Position numbers and translations under genes: made by a program
Part shown: positions 13,997 to 26,335 of the stretch, one piece after another
Position numbering within the stretch: position 1 is the stretch's first letter
How the letters are laid out: every line of letters begins with the position of its first letter
The notes under the pieces: generated by a model
The model's input: only the letters and a program-made list of their open reading frames with translations
Told to the model about the DNA's origin: nothing
Databases searched by the model: none
Assembly (NCBI GenBank): GCA_964016885.1
Contig: OZ024764.1
Span: forward strand, 16,492,001-16,556,000
From: Eledone cirrhosa
Lineage: Eukaryota
Direction of reading: 5' to 3'
DNA length: 64,000 bases

Positions 13997-14083
13997 CAGT
14001 TTCAACACGTTTTCAGATAAAGAATCTTGCTAAACAAATTTAAAAATGAAATATATATGTATATATATATATATTTATACACA

Positions 14084-14294
14084 CAGGGTTTCAAAAAATT
14101 TAATATCATTTGAGATGTAAATATCCCAGAAACTACAAGGTCGAGGACAACGAGACTAAGGAGTCTCCATGTTGAGTAACAAGATTTATTCCTCAAAACA
14201 TGTCCACATTATAACATTAATTCACAATATATATTTCAATATATATTGTGAATTGGGAACATGCCATTAATATCAAATTTTTTTAAACACCCTG
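14084..14294. mobile_element. Tc1/mariner-type MITE
   Basis: Ends CAGGGTTTCAAAAAATTTAATAT and ATATCAAATTTTTTTAAACACCCTG|TA. Confidence 0.55.
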
Positions 14295-14297
14295 TAT

Positions 14298-14357
<60 letters not shown>

Positions 14358-14499
14358 ACATAATATTAATAATAATAATGATAGAACCCCCCCCCCCCCC
14401 TCATCCTTTCTTCAACAGAAACCAAAGAAATCTTACATTATTTATTGTAGACTGTTTTGGGTCATTTTTGGTCATAGACTGAACTAAATTTTCTTGATT

Positions 14500-15350
14500 G
14501 ATGTGTGTGTGTATATATAATGTGTACATGTGTGTGTATATTATACATATATAGTTGTGTTTGCATATATATTTATAATATATATACATATATATATATA
14601 TTTATAATATATATACATATATATGAATATATGTATATCCATATATTTGTAATATACATACATATGTATCTATATATTTATAATATATATACATATGTAT
14701 ATCTATTTATAAATATATATACATATGTATATATATTTATGAATATATATACATATGTATATCTATTTATGATATATAAACATACATATGTATATATATT
14801 TATAATATACAAACATACATATGTATATATATTATAATATACATACATACATATGTATATCTATTTATAATATACATACATACATATGTATATATATTTA
14901 TAATATACATACATACATATGTATATCTATTTATAATATACAAACATACATATGTATATATATTTATAATATACAAACATACATATGTATATATATTTAT
15001 AATATACAAACATACATATGTATATCTATTTATAATATACAAACATACATATGTATATATATTTATAATATACAAACATACATATGTATATATATTTATA
15101 ATATACAAACATACATATGTATATCTATTTATAATATACAAACATACATATGTATATATATTTATAATATACATACATACATATGTATATCTATTTATAA
15201 TATACAAACATACATATGTATATCTATATATAATATACATACATACATATGTATATATATTTATAATATACATACATACATATGTATATCTATTTATAAT
15301 ATACATACATACATATGTATATATATTTATAATATACATACATGTGTAAA
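14500..15350. repeat. ~33 bp AT-rich minisatellite
   Basis: Unit TTTATAATATACAAACATACATATGTATATATA repeated. Confidence 0.9.
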
Positions 15351-15633
15351 TATAATAGATGTGTGTGTGAGTGTGCCTTCTGTGTCAGTGGTATTTTATT
15401 GGTGCATAGTTAACTTTTCTTTCGACAATGGGTCAACCTTTACTCAGATTTGGTGTCTATATGTGTGCATATTTGTGTGGTATTAATTCGATTTTGTGTT
15501 TTATTATATCGCACACGATGTTTGGTAATTTCCGTGTGGGAAAATGGCAATTTGAATTTAAATAGAGCATTTATAAGTTTCATTTGAAACTACAGCTTTG
15601 AAAATGTATCTGCAAAATATGTATTATTTACAA

Positions 15634-15875
15634 CAGGCTTGTCAAACTGAGGTTTTTCCCCTGAGGGCCACATGGTTCACAAATGTGTTGTCTGAGGGCC
15701 ACACATGACAACTAATTGCGCACATAACAACTAATTTTTTTTTATTTTATATTACGAAGATAAAACATGCTTGCGCTGTAAGAACCTTTGCGCTATCATA
15801 ACCTTTGTGCAGACTGCAGGTGTGCTTGTAAAGGACCAAAAGCAGCCCGCGGGCTACATGTTTGGTATGATTTGT
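15634..15875. mobile_element. Possible hAT (Charlie-like) MITE remnant
   Basis: CAGGCTTGTCAAACT start, GAGGGCCACA subterminal repeats and GCCCGCGGGCTACATGTTTG near the end. Confidence 0.4.
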
Positions 15876-15963
15876 CTAATTTACAGAGTTCGTGGAAACA
15901 GAATAGGGTGCTGTCTTTTTTAGTGTAAGATAAAGGTGGGGAGGAAGGAAGAGAGGCACTCTT

Positions 15964-16005
<42 letters not shown>

Positions 16006-16593
16006 AGTATATGTTGGTTGTTTACCAACACCTCAGTATGCAGATTGTAGTATATCTATAATTTATAATAAACGAAGCCAAATTTTACATATTTGACTTA
16101 ATTATTTTATATATATATATATAAAATGTATATCTACATACATATATACATATATACATATATATATTGGAAAATGTGTGAGATCCATGGTAAAGTTAGG
16201 TATATTTGAAAATAAAAAAAAAAGAATGACTTCACTCGTAGTTCTAAATAATTTGATTTAATTTTATAATAATATAATATTATAAAATTAAATCAAATTA
16301 TTCTTTTCCTTTTTTTCAAATATATATATATATATAATTGGATGCTTAGTAAAATCGAATCTCTGGCGGTGTGCAAGCAAATTCGACCTACTATATGAAC
16401 GAGTTAGCAAAGCACTCGATAAGGTAGGTCCTTAGAGTAATAACATACGTTTAAATAGATTGACATATTGAACATTGTGGTACGCAAAATCTAACACACA
16501 ATACCAAAGTATTGAAAGAACCAACAGGTTGAGAAAAATACACCTGGACAAATCAAACGTTATACATTTAAAGTGTTTCTATGAATCCAAAAT

Positions 16594-16634
<41 letters not shown>

Positions 16635-16899
16635 ATATATGGATATGGATATATATATATGTGTATATACATATGTATATATGTATACATATATATATAT
16701 ATGTATATAAATATATATTTATTTTATTATAGAAATGGTTTCTACAAGATTAAATCTGTTTCATTTATAAGAAATCATTTGGAAAGTCTGAATATGTTTT
16801 AATTGTTGTCACTTCTCGACATACATCGGGAATCCACCTGTAATATATATATGTATATATATAATATAAGATCAAAAGCTGGTTAAAAGTGTTCCATGT

Positions 16900-16968
16900 A
16901 TTTTATTATGCGCATTTCAAAAACAAATATCATCATGAGATGACATTTGCGTTTTCGTCAGATAAAAT
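16900..16968 (-). ncRNA. Putative type I hammerhead ribozyme with long stem II and palindromic stem III
   Basis: Minus strand reads ATTTTAT-CTGACGA-AAACGCAAATGTCATC TCAT GATGATATTTGTTTTT-GAAA-TGCGCA-TA-ATAAAAT. Perfect 7-bp stem I, ATGCGCAT palindrome, AUA site. Confidence 0.75.
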
Positions 16969-17007
16969 AGGGATACTTGATATGAAGGTTAAAAATCACT
17001 TGTGAAT

Positions 17008-17207
17008 AGTGAAGTTTTAAATCAATATATCAAAATTATATCCGATATCTGCATTGCTTTATTGTACTACAATAAAACTCACCTCCTACATATATATATA
17101 TATATATATATATGTAGGAGGTGAGTTTTATTGTAGTACAATAAAGCAATGCAGATATCGGATATAATTTTGATATATTGATTTAAAACTTCACTTTATA
17201 TCTATCT

Positions 17208-17254
<47 letters not shown>

Positions 17255-17271
17255 TAGATAGATATAAAGTG
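17008..17271. repeat. Two abutting palindromes, each centred on (TA)n
   Basis: 17008-17195 has ~80 bp arms; 17192-17271 has ~22 bp arms. Confidence 0.9.
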
Positions 17272-18761
17272 CTCGTCACTTGATAAAATGCACGCAGTAC
17301 CCTCAGCAAATTCCTGGAAGCAGTACTTTGCAAGGAGGATGTATGCCCATCTGAGCGGAAGTACTGACTTAGTCCATGTTAAGTATAGAGCTAGGGGATA
17401 GTTTCATATATAACTTCTCAACACAGTTGCATGCTACCATAGGTTTCAAAGCTTACTGTCGTATCGGTTTTGCTATCTCTAAGACCTGCTTGAGTTGGCC
17501 TTGCAGCCTTAGGTAGTATGAAGCTATGTTGAGAATTTATTGATAATATATATATATATATATATCAGAATGGAGGCAGTAAAAACCAGTTAGACCATTA
17601 CTCACCAGAGTACTCAATACTTGGGGTAGTAGAGTGGGTAATATGAAAAAATTCAAGACCCCAGTGGCTGAGCTCCAGCCGTTTCAACAGCTAGATCCAA
17701 TCCAATCCAATCTAACTGTTGAATCAGCCGGAGCTTAGCCGTCGGGCCCTGAATTTTTATATGTCTATATATATATATATACACACACACACATTACTTA
17801 GATCTCTTGATAATGCATATTTTGCTGATATAATTTTGTATTTGGAGATTGCGATTGTTTTTATAAAATTTGATTTAAAGAAATATCTTTGTTTTTCACT
17901 CATGGAAATTACCGGGTGTTGCTTGTGTGTTTATACATGTATGTTTGAACATGTGTGTATACATGTGTATGTATACATGCTGGGTTTAAACAGCATCATG
18001 GAAGAGATGCACGCATCATACATACAGTAGATCCCACTGCAATACAATCGGAATAACTTGTTTTGTAAAAGTTAACAAAAAAGAACGCCATGGACAACAC
18101 AAACATAAATGCCTGCCCTTCTTATATATGTATATATATATATATGCATTTATATATGTATATAGATATATATATATATGCATTTATATATTTATATAGA
18201 TATATATATATACATATATATATATGCATTTAGATATATATATATATATATATATATACATTTAGATATATGTATGTGTATAGATATATCTGCGTATATG
18301 TGTATATATATATATATTCACATGTTTGTGTGTGTGTGTGTATGTATATATATATAAATATATACATATATATACACACATGCCTAGATACATACACATA
18401 CATGCCTGCATACATGGTTCTAATTGCATTTCAGTATTATATATGTATTATATTTTATTTTAATTTTTACTTTGATACCAAGAAAGAAACTGAAAAAAAA
18501 AAAATGTGTTGGGTGTGTACTTAGATGTATATATATATGTATGTGTGTCTATGTATGTATACATATATGTATGTATATATATATATATGCATTTATATAT
18601 ATATATATATAGCATATACATACACTTTCAAAACCAAAGTAGGATCTGAAATAAATAAAAGAAACTTGTTGAAAACAAACTAAAAGTTCTCAGATTTATT
18701 ATTTTCTTGGAGTCTCAGTCATTGATGTTATTTAACTGGAAAGTTAAATAACATCAAAACC

Positions 18762-19240
18762 TTGAAGATGTACTCAATAGAAAGAAGATTTGAGCGATAC
18801 CGAATTATATACATTTGGAAAATGATAGAGCAAAAGGTGCCAAACTTTGGTATCAAAACCTACCACTCACTGCGCCACGGAAGACGCTGCCAGCTACCAC
18901 CAATCAACAAAAAGGCTGGCCAGGCAGCAAAAACCCTGCGAGAGTCAAGTCTGTTGGTTCGAGGGGCACAACTATTCAACTCCATTCCGGTACATGTCAG
19001 AAATCTATCAGGATGCAGTGTGGACTCATACAAATTGCAGCTGGATAGATACTTAAGCACCATTAGAGATGAACCCCATCTCCCAGGATATACACAACGA
19101 GCACAAACTGACTCAAACTCGCTCCTACACATGTCAAAATTAAACAGAGAATCCAACCTGGCAACCACACCAGACTCTGAGGGTGGAGTCTTCGACTTGG
19201 CCTGAGCATGGACTCAAACTCAAATGAAATGAAATGAAAC
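18762..19240 (+). mobile_element. 5'-truncated CR1/L2-group LINE 3' end
   Basis: ORF reads YSIERRFERYRIIYIWK...GAQLFNSIPVHVRN...YKLQLDRYL, followed by a (GAAAT)n tail. Confidence 0.8.
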
Positions 19241-19248
19241 ATCATAAA

Positions 19249-19440
19249 GAGGGTGATGGATTGGCAGTATCGGTAGAGGGTCGGACGCCATGCTTTGCAG
19301 CAAAGAGTTACGGCCCTTTATAGTCTGAGTTCAAATCCCGCCGAGGTTAACTTTGGTTTTCATCCCTACGGGGTCGATAAAATAGAGTACCAGTAATGTA
19401 CTGGGATATTTGCTGGCCTTGTGCCTAAAGTAGAAACAGT
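19249..19440 (+). mobile_element. tRNA-derived SINE, second family
   Basis: GAGTTCAAATCCCGCCGAGGTTAACTTTG...GGGGTCGATAAAA. Further copies at ~44083, 46290(-), 50550(-), 53420, 56200(-)/56390(+) and 58003. Confidence 0.75.
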
Positions 19441-19479
19441 TATTTAACTGGAAAAATTTGTTCAAATGAACATCAAGTC

Positions 19480-20200
19480 GCTACCTGCAGCCTCAGATAT
19501 TCAGGACGTTTCGGAGGGTTGTTGCTGTTCCCAACAAGCATGCCTGTTGAAGGGTAAAAACATCCCCTCCCAGCTCGAGCCGGTGGAGCTGGACCGAGGG
19601 GATGGCAAAAGGCCAGACGGTATGAGCATCTTCCCGTTCCGCGGTGGCAATCCCTCGACTGGGATGCCACTTGCAGCGACGCTTTCTGCAGTCCGCGACT
19701 AACCCAGGTTCTGCTGCATGTCGGGCAGAGGAGGGCAAACTCTCCAAGTACCGGTCGCTCTCTGACAGGTTTGCGGTCGTACCCTTGGCAGTGGAGACTT
19801 CTGGTGTCCTTGGCCCTAGGGCTACCTCCCTATTCACCACCATAGGCACAGACCTGGCTACCTGTAGCAGTGGAGACTTCTGGTGTCCTCAGCCCTAGGG
19901 CTACCTCCCTACTCACCACCATAGGCACTGAGCTGGCTACCTGTAGCAGTGGAGACTTCTGGTGTCCTCAGCCCTAGGGCTACCTCCCTACTCACCACCA
20001 TAGGCACAGACCTGGCTACCTGTAGCAGTGGAGACTGCTGGTGTCCTCAGCCCTAGGGCTACCTCCCTACTCACCACCATAGGCACTGAGCTGGCCTGAC
20101 ACAGATGTGAGCCTCGTGAGTTGGAATGGCTCTTCCAGCGCATCTCCCTTACCATCCTCCAGGGAAAACGCCTTCTCCATCCTGTCCGTCGGGGCTGTGG
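19480..20200 (+). mobile_element. CRE-clade-like non-LTR retrotransposon fragment (restriction-like endonuclease region) with an internal 79-bp x4 tandem
   Basis: Frameshifted motifs LEP..LDRGDGKRPDG, WDATC.D, KY.SL..RFAVVPLAVETSGVLG and WLFQRISL. Tandem units start at 19788, 19867, 19946 and 20025. Confidence 0.7.
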
Positions 20201-20489
20201 GACCCCATTTATTCACCATACGGACTAATAGGCAAAGTTATAAAATGTTTGCATTATATTCCCAACTGCCATACAAAACCTTGAAATTTCAATGGGATTG
20301 ACCCTAATTCCCTGATCTCAACTGGTATCACTTTCGCATTCTTAACAAACTTCCTTTCTCCACTTTCATTTCAACGTACTTCATTTTTTTCTCAACTGTT
20401 TTTCACACAAAAATCATGTCATTTAGTATGACTACGTCAGAGATCTGACAATGTTTGTCTATCTTGTGCAATGTCAATGTGCGTGAACG

Positions 20490-21162
20490 AGTGAGATATT
20501 ATGTGAGGTAAAGCCTTTACTGTGAAAATACAATAGTATATATAGAGTAATATAAATGTTATGTGAGGTAAAGCCTTTACTGTGAAAATACAATAGTATA
20601 TATAGAGTAATGTAAATGTTATGTGAGGTAAAGCCTTTACTGTGAAAATACAATAGTATATATAGAGTAATGTAAATGCTAAAGAGTTAAAGAAGGTATG
20701 AATGACCAGTTACAGCTGGTTTAATTAAAAAGATGAGAGAAGCCTGGCCAGTTTAACCCTTCAGCATTTACATTACTCTACATATACTATTGTATTTTCA
20801 CAGTAACGGCTTTACCTCACATAACATTTATATTACTTTATATATACTATTGTATTTTCATGGTAAAGGCTTTACCTCACATAATATCTCACATAACATT
20901 TACATTACTCTATATATACTATTGTATTTTCACAGTAAAGGCTTTACCTCACATAATACCTCACATAACATTTACATTACTCTATATTTACTATTGTATT
21001 TTCACAGTAAAGGCTTTACCTCACATAATATTGAATGTACAAGATTTTGATGTTATTTATTTTGAGAACAATACATCAAAGTAGGTATAAGCAACCAGTT
21101 TGAACAGAAAGAGGTGAAAGAATTCTGGTCGGATACGGTCAACTTAAACACTAAAGAGTTAA
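20490..21162. mobile_element. Two opposed piggyBac-type MITE copies with short internal 60/72-bp tandems
   Basis: A minus partial copy ends at 20690; a plus copy runs from TTAA 20753 to TTAA 21162. Confidence 0.75.
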
Positions 21163-21214
21163 GGGAGTTCAGTCGATCGTATCAACCCCAGTACTTACTT
21201 TGTCATACCTTTAA

Positions 21215-21410
21215 GTTATGGGAAGTGACCAAGAGAGAAGACGTGATGCACGTGGATGATGATGATGATCGCTTGGTGAAGAAGTGCTGGGAAATTCCTG
21301 TAGAATGAAACCACAGTAGAGGAAGACCTGGGCAGAGGTGGTGAAAGCTGAACTTAAAGCGCAGATACTCGCAGAGGAAATGATGAAGGAATGCAACAAG
21401 TGAAGATATG
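21215..21410 (+). mobile_element. RTE-like LINE 3' fragment
   Basis: VMHVDDD..LVKKCWEIPVE...RKTWAEVVKAEL. Confidence 0.6.
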
Positions 21411-21737
21411 TGATGGGTGTATCATCTTGATTTCAAGAATTCCCACGACCTGATCCCTCTCTCATACACGGGAGGCACAAACATGATTCTTTAGCCCGGC
21501 CCAAGAACTTGCATTCCTTTCTGAAAATGCTGCAGTGATGAACCTAACTTCCACTATGGTTCCCTGTTTCCTTTTGGTGAGCTTTCAGATGATGTTGGGG
21601 TCCAATGGCTGGGTGACATTGTTTTCTACACTTCCAACAAAGAGACCATAATGGGCAACTTCCATATAAAGCATGAAACCATTCAGACTTTTTGTACCTC
21701 TGGTGTCTCCTTAAACTACACACATATATATATATGG

Positions 21738-21960
21738 CCATGTTAGAATGTCTCAGGAAGGAACCACTAGATAGATTTTTACGGGCAAAACCAACCGGCA
21801 GGAGACTCTGAGCAAGATGGTTGGATAACATCCATGAACTTGGCTGGTCTTGCTTGGGGATCCAGCCAGATCAGTTGGAGATGGTTGCTTCTGACAGGAG
21901 CCGTTGGAAGGAGTGTTTGAGAGACTTTTCCCCTGCCCATGACCTTTTCAGGAATAATTG
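21738..21960 (+). mobile_element. RTE-like LINE 3' fragment
   Basis: KPTGRR..RWLDNIHELGWSCLGI..DR.RW; same family as 48740-48950. Confidence 0.65.
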
Positions 21961-22083
21961 GGCGAAGAAGATATATATATACACATATTTATATATATCA
22001 TCATCAAGAAAGCCTTGATGATTTTTTTTTTTTATGAATGAAACAATTCTAATCCTGGAGAAGCCATTTTTATACTAAACATG

Positions 22084-22134
<51 letters not shown>

Positions 22135-22136
<2 letters not shown>

Positions 22137-22300
22137 AGGGTGGATAAAATTCCTGAGATCCATGGACGAGTTCTCTCCAGCGGTCTCTGTCCCTCATTAT
22201 CGCTGCCATGTCCTGCGTCTCCAACAGACCAGTGTCTGTCTTTAGGGCATCAACATACGTTAACCTTGGTCTTCCTCTTCTAGTGTGTCCATGTAGGGGC
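22135..22300 (-). mobile_element. RTE-like LINE 3' fragment
   Basis: Near-identical to 63560-63745 (HGHTRRGRPRLTYVDAL). Confidence 0.7.
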
Positions 22301-22361
22301 TTTAATATATATATATTAAAATATAAGTATTAATAAAATAGATGTTCTTTTGATCAACTAC

Positions 22362-22414
22362 ATTTTATTATACATATTTCGGATGTACAACAGTACGTCC
22401 TCATCAGACAAAAT
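22362..22414 (-). ncRNA. Putative type I hammerhead ribozyme
   Basis: Minus strand reads ATTTTGT-CTGATGA-GGACGTAC TGTT GTACATCC-GAAA-TATGTA-TA-ATAAAAT. Confidence 0.75.
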
Positions 22415-23239
22415 ATAATGATACATGACATACCCTGAGATGTTAAATGGTTAAGATTTAATCAAGATTTAATCATTCTTTGACATAATCATTGAATATT
22501 GTTTAACAATTTAATATATGTATATGTATATATATATATATCATCATCATCATTGTTTAACGTCCATCTCCCACGCTAGCATGGGTTAGACGGTTGTGTT
22601 TCATTTGATGCGGGATTGGTCAGGAGACCGTGTCTCGCTCATACAGAAGTGTCTCTGGCAGGTTTTCTACAGCTGGATGCCCTTCCTAACACCAACCACA
22701 TTTACAGCATGGACTGGGAGTTTTTATACATGCCACCAGCACTAGACAGGTCGTCTTACTGGACTCAGGGGCCCTATCCACCCCTCCATTTTACAGCATG
22801 GACTGGGTGCTTTTATACATGCCACCAACACTAGAGAGATCGTCTTACTGGACTGAGGGGCCCTATCCACCCCTATATATATATACACCCCAAGTATCAA
22901 GTACTCTTGTGAGTAGAGGTCTGACAGGTTTTTACTTCCATTTTGATATATACATAAATTATCATCATTTTACGTCTGCTTTTCCCTGTTTGAAAGGGTG
23001 TGATGGGTCCTCGTCTACAGCATCTCTCATTTTGTCACGGTCCTTCAACATCTCCTCTGTGAGCTGCAAAGATGTGGGGTCAGCTCTCACCACCTCCGTA
23101 CTCTCCCTCTACTGTGTGTGTGTGTGTGTATATACACATGTGCATATACATAGAGAAGGGTCTAGGTTATGTAATATAAACATAAATACTCAGACAGACA
23201 AACACTTTATTTGTAATATAATCTGGATCAACTATTTAG

Positions 23240-24413
<1,174 letters not shown>

Positions 24414-24843
24414 CATCATTTTACATCCCCTTTTCCCAGCTTACAAGGGTGGGACGGGTCCTATTCAGCACAGCATCTCTCCACTTGTCACGGTCCTTCA
24501 TCATCTCCACCGATCTGAGACCTGCGTCTCACCACCGAAACGGCTGGAGCTCAGCCGTCGGGGTCTTGACTATTTTCAAATATATATATACACACACACA
24601 TGCTTTGTGTGAATATATATATATATATATACACACACGTATGCTTTGTTTGTGTGAATATATATATACATACACACACACACACATGCTTTGTGTGAAT
24701 ATATATACATACACACACGTATGCTTTTGTGTGCAAGTGCCTGTGTTTATGTCACGTTACCTAGCGGTTCGACAAAACGAGATCGATAAAGTAAAGACAA
24801 AATATTTTTTAAAAAAAAGTGGGGTCGGGGTTTCGATATGATC

Positions 24844-24875
<32 letters not shown>

Positions 24876-24974
24876 CAATTTGTTGCCCCAGCATGGCCGC
24901 AATCTAATGACTGAAACGAAACGAAACGAAACGAAAGGGAAAGGAAAGGAAAGGACATTTCCTTCCTGCGTTCA

Positions 24975-25200
24975 TTCTGTCACGTTCTCTATCGTCTGCT
25001 ACCTTCCACATGGTCACGTGATACATGGACTTCTCTCTTCCGTTCTGTCACGTGATACCTGGACTTCGCTTTTCCGTTCTGTCACGTGATCCATCGTCTG
25101 CACTCACATGCTCTCTCCGCTTCTCTCTTCCTGTTGGACACGTGATACGTCGTCTGCTCTTTCTCTGTGTTGACGTGATACTTCCACCGGCCATATTTAC
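24975..25200. promoter_or_regulatory. Cluster of E-box/CLEAR-like (GTCACGTGAT), ETS-like (TTCCG) and YY1-like motifs
   Basis: GTCACGTGAT at 25013, 25047 and 25081; ACACGTGAT ~25138; TGACGTGAT ~25171; GGCCATATT ~25189. Function is inferred. Confidence 0.4.
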
Positions 25201-26059
25201 TCAGCCCCCCCTCCCTCCCTTTCTCTCTCGCTGCCTCTCTTGCTCTCTCTACTTTTTTACCTTCTCTCTTTCTTTAGCTACTATTTTACACTCTCTCTAT
25301 CTCTTTTTCTTTCTCACTACTGTTTCAACCTTTCTCTCTCTCTCCTTATCTCTTTAGCTAGCCTTTCTTTCTCTCTTTTTTCTCTGGCTACTACTTCTTA
25401 CTCTCTCTATAGTTCGTGCTTTCTTCATCTACTCCCACTCTTCCTCTAGCTACCATTGTTTTTTCTCCTCCTCCTTTCTTGCTACCGTTTCCCTCTCACT
25501 TACCCTCCCACTCTCTCTAGCTACTCTTTCTCTCTTACTTACCCTCCCACTCTCTCTAGCTACCGTTTCTCTCTTACTTACCCTCCCACTCTCTCTAGCT
25601 ACCCTTTCTCTCTTATTTACCCTCCCACTCTCTTACTTACCCCCCACTCTCTCTAGCTCCCCTTTCTCTCACTTACCCTCCCACTCTCTCTAGCTACCCT
25701 TTCTCTCTTACTTACCCTCCCACTCTCTCTAGCTACCCTTTCTCTCTTACTTACCCGCCCACTCTCTCTGACTACCCTTTCTCTCTTACTTACCCTCTCA
25801 CTCTTACTTACCCTCCCACTCTCTCTAGCTATCGTTTCTCTCTTACTTACCTTCCCACTCTCTCTAGCTACCCTTTCTCTCTTACTTACCCTCCCACTCT
25901 CTCTAGCTACCCTTTCTCTCTTACTTACCCTCTCACTCTCTCTAGCTACCCTTTCTCTCTTACTTACCCTCTCACTCTCTCTAGCTACCCTTTCTCTCTT
26001 ACTTACCCTCCCACTCTCTCTAGCTATCGTTTCTCTATCTACTTTTTCTCTCTCTACTC

Positions 26060-26290
26060 CTCCCCTGGACAGTGTGGGAGAATAGTCTGGCCTGTAGAAC
26101 CCCTCACACAAGCCGCCCCAGGGTTCCACCCGCGAGAACAGAGAGAACTTTACCAGCCTCACCCCATCACTACCACCACCACCGCCGCCATCTTTGACTG
26201 TGGAGTTTGCCTTGGGAATAAGGGAGACAACTCTGAATAATCTTGAACACTATTCTGACCTCAGTGAAGAATGTGATGTGTATGTAAGTG
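26060..26290 (+). promoter_or_regulatory. Candidate promoter or 5' exon region upstream of BLMH
   Basis: Unique CpG-containing patch, YY1 consensus CCGCCATCTT ~26185, donor-like GTAAGT at 26284. Confidence 0.3.
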
Positions 26291-26335
26291 TGTGATGTGT
26301 GATGTGTATGTATGTGTGTGTGTGCGTGGTGCATG

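Noticed and set aside
5318-15486. Many YI/CV/HT-rich ORFs
   Set aside because: They are translations of dinucleotide microsatellites.
26160-26192. Minus-strand start codon AAGATGGCGGCG as the first exon of a divergent gene
   Set aside because: The frame stops after 10 codons unless spliced, and no downstream exons could be linked. It is equally explained as a YY1 site.
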